From an uncultured bacterium (GTDB lineage Bacteria; Zixibacteria; MSB-5A5; UBA10806): DNA of 64,000 nt. The position numbers and the translations under genes are program-made. Where the stretch lies: positions 96,001 to 160,000 of the forward strand of contig CBEUCH010000002.1 in the NCBI GenBank assembly GCA_965541585.1, written 5' to 3'. The notes beneath the pieces are model-generated. The model made no database searches and had not been told where the DNA came from. It worked only from the letters and a program-made list of their open reading frames with translations. This document shows positions 8,354 through 18,509 of this stretch, in pieces; position 1 is the first letter of the stretch; the number at the start of each line of letters is the position of its first letter.

Positions 8354-11239
8354 CTATTTGATCAGGGTCATCTTCCTGACTGACTCTTTATCGCCAACGG
8401 TTAGACGGTAGAAATATATTCCGGTGGATAGATCGGAGCAATCCCAGTTCACCGAATGAAATCCGCTTTCAAGCTCTTTATCGACAAGTACGGCTACCCT
8501 CCTGCCCAGTAGATCGAAGGCTTCCAGACGAACGTCCCCGGCGGCAGGAATTGAGAATTCTATGGCCGTTCGGGCATTGAACGGGTTGGGGTAGTTTTGA
8601 GATAAGAAGAAATCGGCGGGACGAACAGGATCTTCGTCAACCGCCGTCGGCCCACCGTAGCGAGCCATGGCAGCCGCGGCATTGTCCTGAATATCCGAAA
8701 GCGACGAACCGCCGAGGACTGCGAATGCCGCAATCACGGATTCGCCCGGACCTATATCGTAGGGGCCGGTGGTGATAATGACGGAGCAGTCTCTAATGGA
8801 GGTAATGGCCGTATCGGTAATGCCGGCGTTCATGTAGCTCCATTTGTCGGCCATTGTAAAATAGGGAGGGTAGACATGGATCTCGTTCTCGAGCGCCATG
8901 AAAGAGAAAACGCCGGGATCGGAGAGAACAGCCTGGCCTCTATAGTTATTATTGTCATACTGATACCCCAGGTTTCTTTCTCGATCAAAATTGACCCTGT
9001 CGTTGGCCGTGTTCCAGGGCATATCCCAATCCTCAAAATGAGCGACAAGCACACCCTCGAGATTCTGATTCTCAACGTTTGTGATGGTGTATTCAAAAAT
9101 CACGTAGTCGTCGTCAGGGGCATCCGCGAAAGCGTATGTCTCCTGGTTTACAAGGACGCCGAGAGGTTCCGGAGCGTTCTGGTCGTTAAAAGAGGTATAA
9201 TATTCCTGATCTGCAAAAGGACCCGGTTCCGCGAGAGTAATGCCGCCCATAGGAACGAAATGGTCGCTGATGTTCTGTTCCTCATCCCTGGCGCCGTTAG
9301 AGACTCTTGTCGGACCGTCGCCGATAAAAAGCGCCCCCTCAAAGAGATAATTAATGCCTGCCTGAGGCATCTTGAATCCGGCTCCGTCCCAGGCGCCGTT
9401 CATTCCGCCGGGATCGAGCCCGTACTGCCCGAAATTCGAGATAGTGTGTAGTATATTGCCGATATCGTGATCGGCGATAGCGGTCGGGAGGTGCCCCACC
9501 ATCAAGGAGACTGATCGGTTTACGCTGTAATCGTCATCACCTACGATCCTTAAATCGAATGCGATGATTGTTCCCTGCGGCGTGTCCTCGGAGAATGACA
9601 TGGTAAAAGGATCCGACGATAAGGCCGTATCATTCTGCGCGATGAAGCCATAGAATGCTGAGTCGGAGGTGATGGTTGCATATCGATCCTCTGTTGAGAT
9701 TATCGCGGAAACGTTGTCGATGTCCAATCCGGTATTCCCAAGCCTTACAAAAAGATCTATAGTCTCTCCGGGATCGGGGTAATCGTCGTTAGGCTCTTCC
9801 ACGTAGACCGCATTGGGGAACACATACGGCATATCCACAGGCGGGATCAACTCCATAGCATGCAGGATATTGATAATTCCATAGCCGTAAGCGTTGTCTT
9901 CGCCCTCGCTGCCGAGATCCTGGGCCGATTCCATGAGCGCCCATTTGATAGTATCCACTGTGGCATTGGGGTTGACCTGCCTTAAAAGGGCAACAGCGCC
10001 GGCCACGTGAGGACATGCCATGGAAGTGCCCGACCATCCTCCCTGGTAGCCGCCGTTGGGAACCGATGATCTGACGTTTACGCCGGGAGCGGAAATCTCC
10101 GGTTTGATCGTTCGACCATCGCAATCCGACGGTCCCCTGGACGAGAAGCTGGCGATAGGGTAACTATCATAGTTGCCGTTTAATGCACCCACCGAAAAGC
10201 AGTTATAAGGAGTCGTGATTCGGTTGGGAGGGTATCCTATCGTCTGCGGGCCCGGGCCCTCGTTACCGGCGGCGAATACTACTACGGCACCGGCCGCCTC
10301 GCAATTGTCTATAAGAGTATAATAGCTTGAAGGGCACCCCCCGATTCCGCGCCAGGAGTTGGAGATAACATCGGGGACATCTTCGATGGTGTTGGGATCC
10401 CCGTCCGGATCGGCGGCCCATTGAAATGCCATGGCGGCGTTTCCGCCATTCACAATCGCCCTGGCAGCTATCCACTGAGCGTCAATTGCCACGCCGATAG
10501 TATCGGGCGTGGTGGTGCTTCTGCCGCAGATGGTCCCCATGGTATGGGTGCCGTGACCACCGTCGTCGTAGGGAAATTCGCTGTTAAGATCGGCGGTGTC
10601 GAGCCAGCTCTCCTCGGCCGAGTAGCCATTGGCGCCGCGCCAGCTATGGTTCAACGCAGGATGGGAACCGGCCACACCGGTGTCGATATTGCATACCAGC
10701 CGCCCCTGGCCCGTGATTCCGAGCATCCACATGCTGTCGGCGCGAACAGCACGCAAACCGTTTTCAACGCTGGTTATTGTGGGAGGTTCGTAATTTTCAT
10801 CGATTATCGGCTTGATTAATTCCACATCAAAATCGAGGAAAACAACATCGACGTCGGTCCTGGAGGCCACGATTTGAATTTCCGCCGAAGTCATCTCCGC
10901 AGAAAGCATGTTAGCGATCCAGAAACCGCGGAACGATCCGACCGCTCCTCTGGCCCGGGCCTCGGCCAGATATGCGAGCAGGTCCGGCTGAGTTTCCGTG
11001 GCTATTGCCTGAAGTGCAGTTATGACATCATAATGCCGCTGGGCTCGGGTGGCGGAGACCAGGTTGTGCTGACACTTCATCTCGAAGACATCAAGCTGGT
11101 CCGACATGTAAATCAGTGTCCGAATCCTGGCATCCGGGCCGGACTCCTCGATTCTTGCGGCAAGGTCTGGATCGACAATTCCACCGAGTGCGGTAGAAAC
11201 AATGAGAAGTGATGTTAGAAATCCTGCAGCAAACCTCAT
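8354..11239 (-). CDS. Secreted S8 subtilase (bacillopeptidase F-like) with T9SS/FlgD-like C-terminal tail
   Basis: Catalytic triad NIDTG / GHGTHT / GTSMACPH, FAAGNEG, and tail LSQNYPNPFN...GIYFYRL...KMTLIK. The GGAGG SD favours start 11239 (ORF opens at 11251). Confidence 0.92.
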   Translation of the reverse strand: MRFAAGFLTSLLIVSTALGGIVDPDLAARIEESGPDARIRTLIYMSDQLDVFEMKCQHNLVSATRAQRHYDVITALQAIATETQPDLLAYLAEARARGAVGSFRGFWIANMLSAEMTSAEIQIVASRTDVDVVFLDFDVELIKPIIDENYEPPTITSVENGLRAVRADSMWMLGITGQGRLVCNIDTGVAGSHPALNHSWRGANGYSAEESWLDTADLNSEFPYDDGGHGTHTMGTICGRSTTTPDTIGVAIDAQWIAARAIVNGGNAAMAFQWAADPDGDPNTIEDVPDVISNSWRGIGGCPSSYYTLIDNCEAAGAVVVFAAGNEGPGPQTIGYPPNRITTPYNCFSVGALNGNYDSYPIASFSSRGPSDCDGRTIKPEISAPGVNVRSSVPNGGYQGGWSGTSMACPHVAGAVALLRQVNPNATVDTIKWALMESAQDLGSEGEDNAYGYGIINILHAMELIPPVDMPYVFPNAVYVEEPNDDYPDPGETIDLFVRLGNTGLDIDNVSAIISTEDRYATITSDSAFYGFIAQNDTALSSDPFTMSFSEDTPQGTIIAFDLRIVGDDDYSVNRSVSLMVGHLPTAIADHDIGNILHTISNFGQYGLDPGGMNGAWDGAGFKMPQAGINYLFEGALFIGDGPTRVSNGARDEEQNISDHFVPMGGITLAEPGPFADQEYYTSFNDQNAPEPLGVLVNQETYAFADAPDDDYVIFEYTITNVENQNLEGVLVAHFEDWDMPWNTANDRVNFDRERNLGYQYDNNNYRGQAVLSDPGVFSFMALENEIHVYPPYFTMADKWSYMNAGITDTAITSIRDCSVIITTGPYDIGPGESVIAAFAVLGGSSLSDIQDNAAAAMARYGGPTAVDEDPVRPADFFLSQNYPNPFNARTAIEFSIPAAGDVRLEAFDLLGRRVAVLVDKELESGFHSVNWDCSDLSTGIYFYRLTVGDKESVRKMTLIK

Positions 11240-11565
11240 GCGTTCCTCCATTCAAGAGAGTTTTGGTAAATCGGTTTCAAAAGAACGTTTTTTATAAGAT
11301 AATGATAAAATTCCTATCGGCAACCACTTTTATCAAACTCTCAGATATGGATCATGTCAACTTAATTGTGATAGATCTCAATATCGGTTTTGGATGCGAT
11401 TGATCCGGCCTGGTTGAGCGTTCGCACTCCTCATGATTACACATTTATCTCGCAGGGAGCGTTCGCTCTCGATATGGTCTGCAGATATATGTTCGAACAC
11501 ACCGGCCGCACACGATCCGGTCAGGAGAAAGAAATATATAACGATGTCCGGATTCGACTGCCCTC

Positions 11566-11979
11566 TTAAGCAGTCGCTGCTTGCGGCTTATAAACCATGG
11601 CCGCCGCCATACCGCAAAGGACCATCTGGATGATGCCGAGGATAATCCAGTACCAGACCAGAGAATATGGGATAGAATACATCACGAACTGGGTATAGGC
11701 TCCTGTGAAACTGACCAAAAAACCTATATAGAAACCGTAGCGGATTCCTTCCATAAGGCCCCGGCCTTCGTATCCCTTTGCGAAAATGAGCGTGAAGAAA
11801 AATGAAAATACAATGCCTATGACCCAGAATACCCATAGGAAGCCGCTCATCTGGGCTTCAGCGCGGAATCCCGGAAGCGTATAATGTCCTCCCAGTATAA
11901 CACTATGGGTGATGAGTTCGGTGATCCCCAGAACGATGTAAACCACCAGTGCAGTGAGCCAGAACTTTTTCCAATTCAT
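11566..11979 (-). CDS. Four-helix membrane protein of unknown function
   Basis: Four hydrophobic segments, 'EGIRYGFYIG', and an AGGAGG SD. Confidence 0.75.
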   Translation of the reverse strand: MNWKKFWLTALVVYIVLGITELITHSVILGGHYTLPGFRAEAQMSGFLWVFWVIGIVFSFFFTLIFAKGYEGRGLMEGIRYGFYIGFLVSFTGAYTQFVMYSIPYSLVWYWIILGIIQMVLCGMAAAMVYKPQAATA

Positions 11980-12169
11980 CGATCCTCCTTTGCCAGGGTT
12001 AAAAAAGGATGAATGGATATCGGTTTTTATACTTTAAGGCACATATTTGTCAAATAAAAAAATAAAACAGGCTATAGAATCTATAAATCTATCTTTGTGA
12101 GATTCAACGGATTGCGATTGGCAATCAGGAGAGATGATCTAAGAACTCTTATCGATGCGGTTTCTCATC

Positions 12170-12850
12170 CTACTGGCAGGGAATTTCATTGTGACCATTG
12201 CCGTTTCCATTGCCGCCAGACAGGTTTTCCCTCAGGACCTTACGTCCTCGATAAAGCCTTGATTTCACGGTTCCGATCGGCAGTTTCAGAATCTCGGAGA
12301 TTTCCTTATATTGAAGTCCCAACATATCGTAGAGAATTATAGCTAACCTGTATCCATCCGGCAACAACAGCAGGGAACTCCTGATCTCGTCGCAGACGAA
12401 ATTGCGCAGGATCCTGTCTTCGTTCAGCTCCTCATGCTGGGGCAATTCCCGGCCCGGAATATCGGGAAATTGAGCCATTTCCTCATTATCCCGCTGATGG
12501 AAAATCAGTTTCCTGCGACGGTGATACATATTGATATAGGTATTTATCATGATTCTCTTCAGCCAGGCTTTGCATCGAGAGGCGCCCTCGAAAGTATCGA
12601 AGGCCTTATAAGCTTTCAGGTATGTATCCTGGAAGAGATCCTCGGCACTGGTCGTATCTCCGGTGAGCCTTTTTGCCAGACGCATCAGGAAATCTCTATG
12701 CGTCAGCGCCAGCAGAGCAAACTGATCGTCATGGCGCCGGCGGGCTCGCCCGGGCGTCTTTTTGACCTGTCCCTTCATATCATTGTTACAGTTCAACTGC
12801 AGATACATTCCTTCTGAATGCGAAATTTCCCATGTTTTTTTGCGCCGCAA
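12170..12850 (-). CDS. ECF-type RNA polymerase sigma factor
   Basis: AEDLFQDTYLKA, AWLKRIMIN and YKEISEILKLPIGTVKSRLYRGR; start uncertain. Confidence 0.9.
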   Translation of the reverse strand: MRRKKTWEISHSEGMYLQLNCNNDMKGQVKKTPGRARRRHDDQFALLALTHRDFLMRLAKRLTGDTTSAEDLFQDTYLKAYKAFDTFEGASRCKAWLKRIMINTYINMYHRRRKLIFHQRDNEEMAQFPDIPGRELPQHEELNEDRILRNFVCDEIRSSLLLLPDGYRLAIILYDMLGLQYKEISEILKLPIGTVKSRLYRGRKVLRENLSGGNGNGNGHNEIPCQ

Positions 12851-13108
12851 AATGATACCGAGGAATCCATGAAAGCCAGCTTATAGATTTTCTAATTATA
12901 TGGATCGTTTGAAGTTAAGCATCACTAAAGAACAGCCGGATCGTCATAAACGATCCGGCCGGAATTCTTTCCTGTTTCCTTGTGAGAGAGAGAAAAAAAC
13001 CGTCTGATTTCTACCAAGATTAACTAAATCTGTTCCGAGTCTGTTCCCCATAAATCAGATTTTCGTTTGTGATAGACGTCAAAACTATCTATAATCTAAA
13101 GTCAAGTA

Positions 13109-14167
13109 ATGAAGTTGAAGATCTCAAAAATCAGTAAAGTGTATCCGAATGGCTCAGTGGGTGTCGATGGTGTTGACCTGAATGTCGATGATGGTCAACT
13201 GGCCGTCCTGCTGGGGCCATCGGGCTGCGGCAAGACCACCTTGTTGCGGTTGATCTCCGGCCTTGAAGTTCCCGATGGCGGCCGGATCATTCTCGACGAC
13301 GACGATATCACCGGCTGGGAGCCAAAGCGCCGTGATGTCGCAATGGTATTTCAGAATTACGCTCTTTACCCGCATATGACTGTAAAGCAGAACCTCGAAT
13401 TCGGGCTTAGGGCAAGAGGAACAGACCAGGTGGAAAGGGAAAAAGCCCTTAAATGGGCCGCAGGTCTTCTCGGAATGGAGCGGTATCTCGACCGCAGGCC
13501 GAGAGAACTCTCCGGCGGTCAACGGCAGCGAGTAGCATTGGGTCGAGCCATCGTTCGCCGGCCCAGGCTATATCTATTCGATGAACCGTTATCCAACCTC
13601 GATGCCGAGCTGCGGATGCGGATGCGGGGCGAGATACTGGCCCTTCACCGTCGTATCCGGGGGACATCGATCTACGTCACGCATGATCAGGTGGAGGCTA
13701 TGAGCTTGGCAGATATTATCTTCATTATGAACGAGGGGAGAATAATCGCATCCGGGTCGCCGAAAGAGCTTTACCAGAACCCGCCCGACCTCTTCACCGC
13801 CGGTTTTCTGGGTTTTCCGGCGATGAATCTAATTGAGGGAACTGCCGGCGATGGTAGTTTCTTATCAGCGAGAGGCCTGAAGATCCGGCTGCGGTCTGAC
13901 GAGGTGGAAATGTCAGATTCCCGAGATGTCGTTCTCGGCATCCGCCCCGAGGATCTAATTCTGACCGACGACGGTGAAGTATCCTGCGAGGTTTCATCGA
14001 TCGAGAATCTCGGCCATAATATTCTTCTTCTGGCGAATACGGCAGACGGGGAATTAATTAAGATCGTCGCAAGGGGAGACATCAGGGTTGGAGACGTTGT
14101 TAAAGTCAGGATTGACTCGGAAAAGATTGTAATTTTCAATAGAGCGACCGGCCGTCGGATACGTTAG
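13109..14167 (+). CDS. Carbohydrate ABC transporter ATP-binding subunit (MalK/UgpC/MsmX family)
   Basis: GPSGCGKTT, VFQNYALYPH, LSGGQRQR, DEPLSNLD, YVTHDQ and a C-terminal GIRPE TOBE region. Confidence 0.93.
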   Translation: MKLKISKISKVYPNGSVGVDGVDLNVDDGQLAVLLGPSGCGKTTLLRLISGLEVPDGGRIILDDDDITGWEPKRRDVAMVFQNYALYPHMTVKQNLEFGLRARGTDQVEREKALKWAAGLLGMERYLDRRPRELSGGQRQRVALGRAIVRRPRLYLFDEPLSNLDAELRMRMRGEILALHRRIRGTSIYVTHDQVEAMSLADIIFIMNEGRIIASGSPKELYQNPPDLFTAGFLGFPAMNLIEGTAGDGSFLSARGLKIRLRSDEVEMSDSRDVVLGIRPEDLILTDDGEVSCEVSSIENLGHNILLLANTADGELIKIVARGDIRVGDVVKVRIDSEKIVIFNRATGRRIR

Positions 14168-14286
14168 CTATCGATAAATGGCATACAGTGGTGGTTGGCA
14201 GAGCCTCCGGCATGAAGCAGCCTGTCAACAGTATAGTCAAACGGGAATAGTCGATCTGTTGCGGAAAAGAGAAATACTGAAAGGGA

Positions 14287-14314
14287 TTGACATTTTGCCG
14301 ATTATGATTATATT
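14287..14314 (+). promoter_or_regulatory. Promoter of secDF
   Basis: TTGACA-N16-TATATT. Confidence 0.55.
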
Positions 14315-14364
14315 CGTCGGCTGTATTTCGATATTGTGCGGTTAATGCCGTTCGGGAGAAAAAG

Positions 14365-16035
14365 ATGAGACGAGGACAAATAACCTGGATTTTCGCAGTC
14401 TTAATCGCGATACTTGTTTCCTTCGTGCTTCTCTACCCCACAGTGGAATTCTATTCCCAGGATCGCGACGCGTTGAAGATAGAAAAGCCCAGGGATTTTT
14501 ATTCATTAAAGAAAAAGGCATTGCGTCTGGGACTGGATCTGCAGGGCGGAGTTCACATTGTCCTGCAAGTCAGCGATCCCCGTGGCGGAAGCGTCTCCGC
14601 GGACATTCAGGACCAGGTCCTGGAAAAAATCAGGATCAGGGTAGATAAATACGGCATCGCCGAACCCGAGATCGTAAAATCGGGAACCGATCAAATTGTA
14701 GTCGATCTGCCGGGCTTCACAGATATCGATACGGCCAAGACTTTAATCGGCAGCACGGCCCAGCTTCAGTTTCACCTTTTGAGATCGCCGGAGGAGTGCC
14801 AGAATCTCCTGGAGGCCATCGATTCTGTGCTGGCCATAAAACTCTCGGGACCAGCCGATGAATCCGAGCTTGTCGAGGCGGAGGCTGTCACCGAATCTGA
14901 CACGGCAGATGACGCCATTACGAGCCTGTTCGGCGAGGAAGTGGCAGATACGAGCCAGGAACCGGAGCTACTCGATGAAGAAGAGTTTGCTAAGGCCAAC
15001 CCGTTCTCCGCTACTCTGGACAGATGGCTCGGCAACTGGTGGCAGATCACAATGGAGAATTTCTATCAGGCGCGGCAGTACCTGGAGATGCCGGAGGTGC
15101 AGGAAGTTATTCCCTCCAATTATAAGCTGGCCTGGGGAACCCGGCCTGTAAAGGGAGGCGATCGGCAATTTCAGACGTTATATGTTCTCAATAGCAATAT
15201 AGAGCTAACCGGTGAATCGCTGGTTTCTGCGAGGGAAACCTACGATCAGCTACGTCAACCGGTGGTCAATTTCGAGTTGGACTCGGACGGCGCCAGGCGT
15301 TTTTCGAGATTGACCGGCCAGCATATAGAGGAGCGTCTGGCCATCGTTATCGATGATCGGGTCGAATCGGCCCCGGAAATCCAGTCACGAATTTCCAAAA
15401 ATGGCCAGATCACTCTGGGGGCAGATGCCACCATCAATGACGCCTATCTTCTGGCCATATTGCTGAAGGCGGGCGCCCTGCCTGCGGATGTGGAAATACT
15501 CCAGAGCACCGTCGTGGGCCCTGCATTGGGGCAGGATTCCATAAACAGGGGAAAACAGGCCTCCGTGATTGGTCTTATGCTGGTGATTGTTTTTATGGCC
15601 ATTTACTACAAGCTCTCCGGCATAATAGCGGATATTGCGGTTTCCTTGAACATACTTTTCGTTCTGGCGTTCATGGTCATTCCCGGGGTCAATGCTACAC
15701 TTACCATGCCCGGAATCGCCGGTCTTATATTAACAGTGGGCATAATGGTCGATTCCAACGTTTTGATATTTGAAAGAATCAGGGAGGAGCTGAGAACAGG
15801 GAAGACCATCCGGGCGGCTATCGATGCCGGATACGACCGGGCGCTTTTGACAATTATCGATTCGCATGTGACGACGTTAATTACAGCTTTATTCCTCTTC
15901 ATATTCGGCTCCGGCCCGATCCGGGGATTTGCTGTGACCCTGTCCGTGGGTGTATTCCTCTCTCTGTTTACGGCACTGTTTATCACAAAGGTGATTTTTG
16001 ATATGAGGAAGAAATATAAAAGGCTTTCCATTTGA
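14365..16035 (+). CDS. secD: Protein translocase subunit SecD
   Basis: LGLDLQGG, LKAGALP, VGPALG, LTMPGIAG and VDSNVLIFERIREE. Confidence 0.96.
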   Translation: MRRGQITWIFAVLIAILVSFVLLYPTVEFYSQDRDALKIEKPRDFYSLKKKALRLGLDLQGGVHIVLQVSDPRGGSVSADIQDQVLEKIRIRVDKYGIAEPEIVKSGTDQIVVDLPGFTDIDTAKTLIGSTAQLQFHLLRSPEECQNLLEAIDSVLAIKLSGPADESELVEAEAVTESDTADDAITSLFGEEVADTSQEPELLDEEEFAKANPFSATLDRWLGNWWQITMENFYQARQYLEMPEVQEVIPSNYKLAWGTRPVKGGDRQFQTLYVLNSNIELTGESLVSARETYDQLRQPVVNFELDSDGARRFSRLTGQHIEERLAIVIDDRVESAPEIQSRISKNGQITLGADATINDAYLLAILLKAGALPADVEILQSTVVGPALGQDSINRGKQASVIGLMLVIVFMAIYYKLSGIIADIAVSLNILFVLAFMVIPGVNATLTMPGIAGLILTVGIMVDSNVLIFERIREELRTGKTIRAAIDAGYDRALLTIIDSHVTTLITALFLFIFGSGPIRGFAVTLSVGVFLSLFTALFITKVIFDMRKKYKRLSI

Positions 16036-16049
16036 CGGGGTAGATTGTC

Positions 16050-17036
16050 ATGATGCGGATAATAAAAGAGACCAATATAAACTTCATCGGGCGGCGAAAA
16101 TTCTCGTTTATGTTTTCCGGACTGCTGGTGGCGCTCGGGTTGATATCTTTTATCATGATAGTCGTTGGACAGGCCAACCTCGGGATTGATTTCACGGGCG
16201 GCGCTGAGATAATCGGCAGCTTTGAAAATACTGTTACGGTTGACGATGTTAGAGACGCTCTCGGTGTGATAGGCCACGGCAAAGCTAAAATACAGTCTAT
16301 CACCGGCGAGGGTTTCGAGAATTCATTTATAATAAGGTTGCAGGGGAGCATCGAAAGCGCGATCCCCGATACGACTTACACCGAGGAAGGGAAAATGATC
16401 GTCAACATGATCGCCGTGGAGGGAGACGCGCTCGGCGATCTGCTGAAGCAGGCAATCAATGATCATTTCACCGATAACAAATTTACACTCGATTCGACGA
16501 ACAATATCAGTTCCCGCGTGGGCGAGAGGCTGACTCGCGACGCCATCAAGGCCATCGTCTTCGCCCTCATCGGTATCCTGATATATATCTGGATCCGTTT
16601 CGATTTCAGGTTCGGGCTGGCCGCCACGATTGCCACCTTCCACGATGTCCTGACGGTTCTGGGCATCTATTTCCTCCTTAATCGTGAAATTTCGCTTCTG
16701 GTGGTTACCGCTCTGTTGACCCTGGCTGGCTATTCGTTGACGGATACGGTGGTCGTATTTGACCGGATACGAGAAAACTTAAAGCAGTTCCGCAAACGTT
16801 CCGATTATGCCAGCACTATCAACAACTCCATAAACGAGGTGTTGTCCAGGACCGTCATAACCTCGATTACCACAATCATGGTAGTCTTAAGCATCCTCTT
16901 TTTCGGAGGCGAGGTCCTTTTCGATTTCGCCCTGGCCCTGGGTATAGGGATACTGGTTGGAACCTACAGTTCGGTATTCGTGGCCAGCCCGATCATTGTG
17001 GAGTGGGAAAAGCGCGCGCCGCGGCGAGTGAAATAG
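16050..17036 (+). CDS. secF: Protein translocase subunit SecF
   Basis: LGIDFTGG, FHDV, GYSLTDTVVVFDRIREN and GTYSSVFVA. Confidence 0.96.
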   Translation: MMRIIKETNINFIGRRKFSFMFSGLLVALGLISFIMIVVGQANLGIDFTGGAEIIGSFENTVTVDDVRDALGVIGHGKAKIQSITGEGFENSFIIRLQGSIESAIPDTTYTEEGKMIVNMIAVEGDALGDLLKQAINDHFTDNKFTLDSTNNISSRVGERLTRDAIKAIVFALIGILIYIWIRFDFRFGLAATIATFHDVLTVLGIYFLLNREISLLVVTALLTLAGYSLTDTVVVFDRIRENLKQFRKRSDYASTINNSINEVLSRTVITSITTIMVVLSILFFGGEVLFDFALALGIGILVGTYSSVFVASPIIVEWEKRAPRRVK

Positions 17037-17063
17037 ATTTCATTGACAGGCGAATATTTATAA

Positions 17064-17090
17064 GGCGGGAGGTTTGCTCCCGTTTTTCTT
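17064..17090 (+). terminator. Intrinsic terminator after secF
   Basis: gcgggag...ctcccgt followed by ttttctt. Confidence 0.6.
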
Positions 17091-17144
17091 TGTAATTTGC
17101 TATATGGTTATTGCCAGTCCGGCAGACGCCGGACGATGCAATTT

Positions 17145-18476
17145 CTATTTCAACAGCACCAGTTTGACATTTTCCGGTGAGTATTCAGTCTCCAATCGAG
17201 CGAAATAGACTCCAGACGACACATCCATTGCATCCCAGATGATCGAATGAGATCCGGCGTTGAAGTTGTCCCGGACCACAGTCTCGATCTTCTGGCCGAG
17301 GGCGTTATAAATTGACAGCTGGACATGAGAGCTTTTCTCGATGGCAAAGACGAACTCCGTCTGCCGGTTGAACGGATTAGGATAACATTTCAAAGTTGAT
17401 GCTTTTATTGGAATTTGAGTATCATCCTCCAGTCCGACTATGACATCCCAATCGAGGAAGTAAGTGTCATTGTGAAACTGTGAAAAGTTATGTGTCCCCG
17501 CGAAAACAGTAGCCCTGTGTCCCGCGAATCCGCCGAAAATGGTAGTATGTCTTCCACGGTTAGACGGGATATTCCCTGCAGGAGTAATCGGGGAAAACGT
17601 CATAGTGGAAAGATCAAGTTCCCAGAGATCGTTAAGTCCGCTTCCGCCGTATGAATTGATACCTCCGAAGATCAATGCTCTGTCATTCTCTTCATCATAG
17701 ATCAGCGAGTTGTATGCTCTCGCGGCGGCATACGGCGCAGGTAATGAATAGGGCGTCCATATACTCGTATTGAAATCAAAAGTCCAGATGTCATCATAGA
17801 AATCGGTACAGGTGTTCCAGCCACCGTTAATCAAAAGCCTATCACCATTATCGATAATTGTGATTTGCGCGCCCTCTCTTAGCACCGGGGCGGTACTGGC
17901 GTAATCAACCTGCTGCCAGGTGCGGGAATCCAGATCGAAAATCCACATATCATTGAAGCGGATTTCGAAATCCCGGCCACCGAAGATTAACATCTGATGA
18001 TATCCCGGTCCATAGGCAGCGTAAAGACACATTCTCGGGGCCGGAGCCGGATAATCTGGAGGCACCTCTTCCCAGAGCAAGGTATTGAGATCAAGAATCC
18101 ATACTCTATTTGTAATATCCCAATCAAGCTCTGTGGCACCACAGAATAAAACCATGGCTGTATCGACCGGGTCATAAACTGCGGTATGGACTGAAAGAGC
18201 AATAGGGCCCTGATTGTTCGTATTTAGCTGGCTCCATGTCAAAGTACTGCCGTCAAGCGCCCACATGTCTCCTACCCTCTGACCACCGCTTATCGTACCA
18301 CCGAAAATAATCATTCTATTGTGTGCTTCATCGAAAACCGCTGTATGAGCATATCTTCCCGGTGGTAAGTTCCCGGATGCATCACAATACGTCCATGTCT
18401 CGTTCTCGGCGAGAATGACGTTAGCGAAAATCCCGACAATCAGCAGAACCATCATCAGTTGCCTTAGTCCTTTCAT
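17145..18476 (-). CDS. Secreted Kelch-repeat beta-propeller protein with T9SS/FlgD-like tail
   Basis: Repeated 'R..HTA...IFGG...D.W..D....W' units, and tail CYPNPFN...KLVLLK. Confidence 0.88.
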   Translation of the reverse strand: MKGLRQLMMVLLIVGIFANVILAENETWTYCDASGNLPPGRYAHTAVFDEAHNRMIIFGGTISGGQRVGDMWALDGSTLTWSQLNTNNQGPIALSVHTAVYDPVDTAMVLFCGATELDWDITNRVWILDLNTLLWEEVPPDYPAPAPRMCLYAAYGPGYHQMLIFGGRDFEIRFNDMWIFDLDSRTWQQVDYASTAPVLREGAQITIIDNGDRLLINGGWNTCTDFYDDIWTFDFNTSIWTPYSLPAPYAAARAYNSLIYDEENDRALIFGGINSYGGSGLNDLWELDLSTMTFSPITPAGNIPSNRGRHTTIFGGFAGHRATVFAGTHNFSQFHNDTYFLDWDVIVGLEDDTQIPIKASTLKCYPNPFNRQTEFVFAIEKSSHVQLSIYNALGQKIETVVRDNFNAGSHSIIWDAMDVSSGVYFARLETEYSPENVKLVLLK

Positions 18477-18509
18477 TTTGTACCGCCTTTTAGGTTAGGG
18501 TTTAAATAA

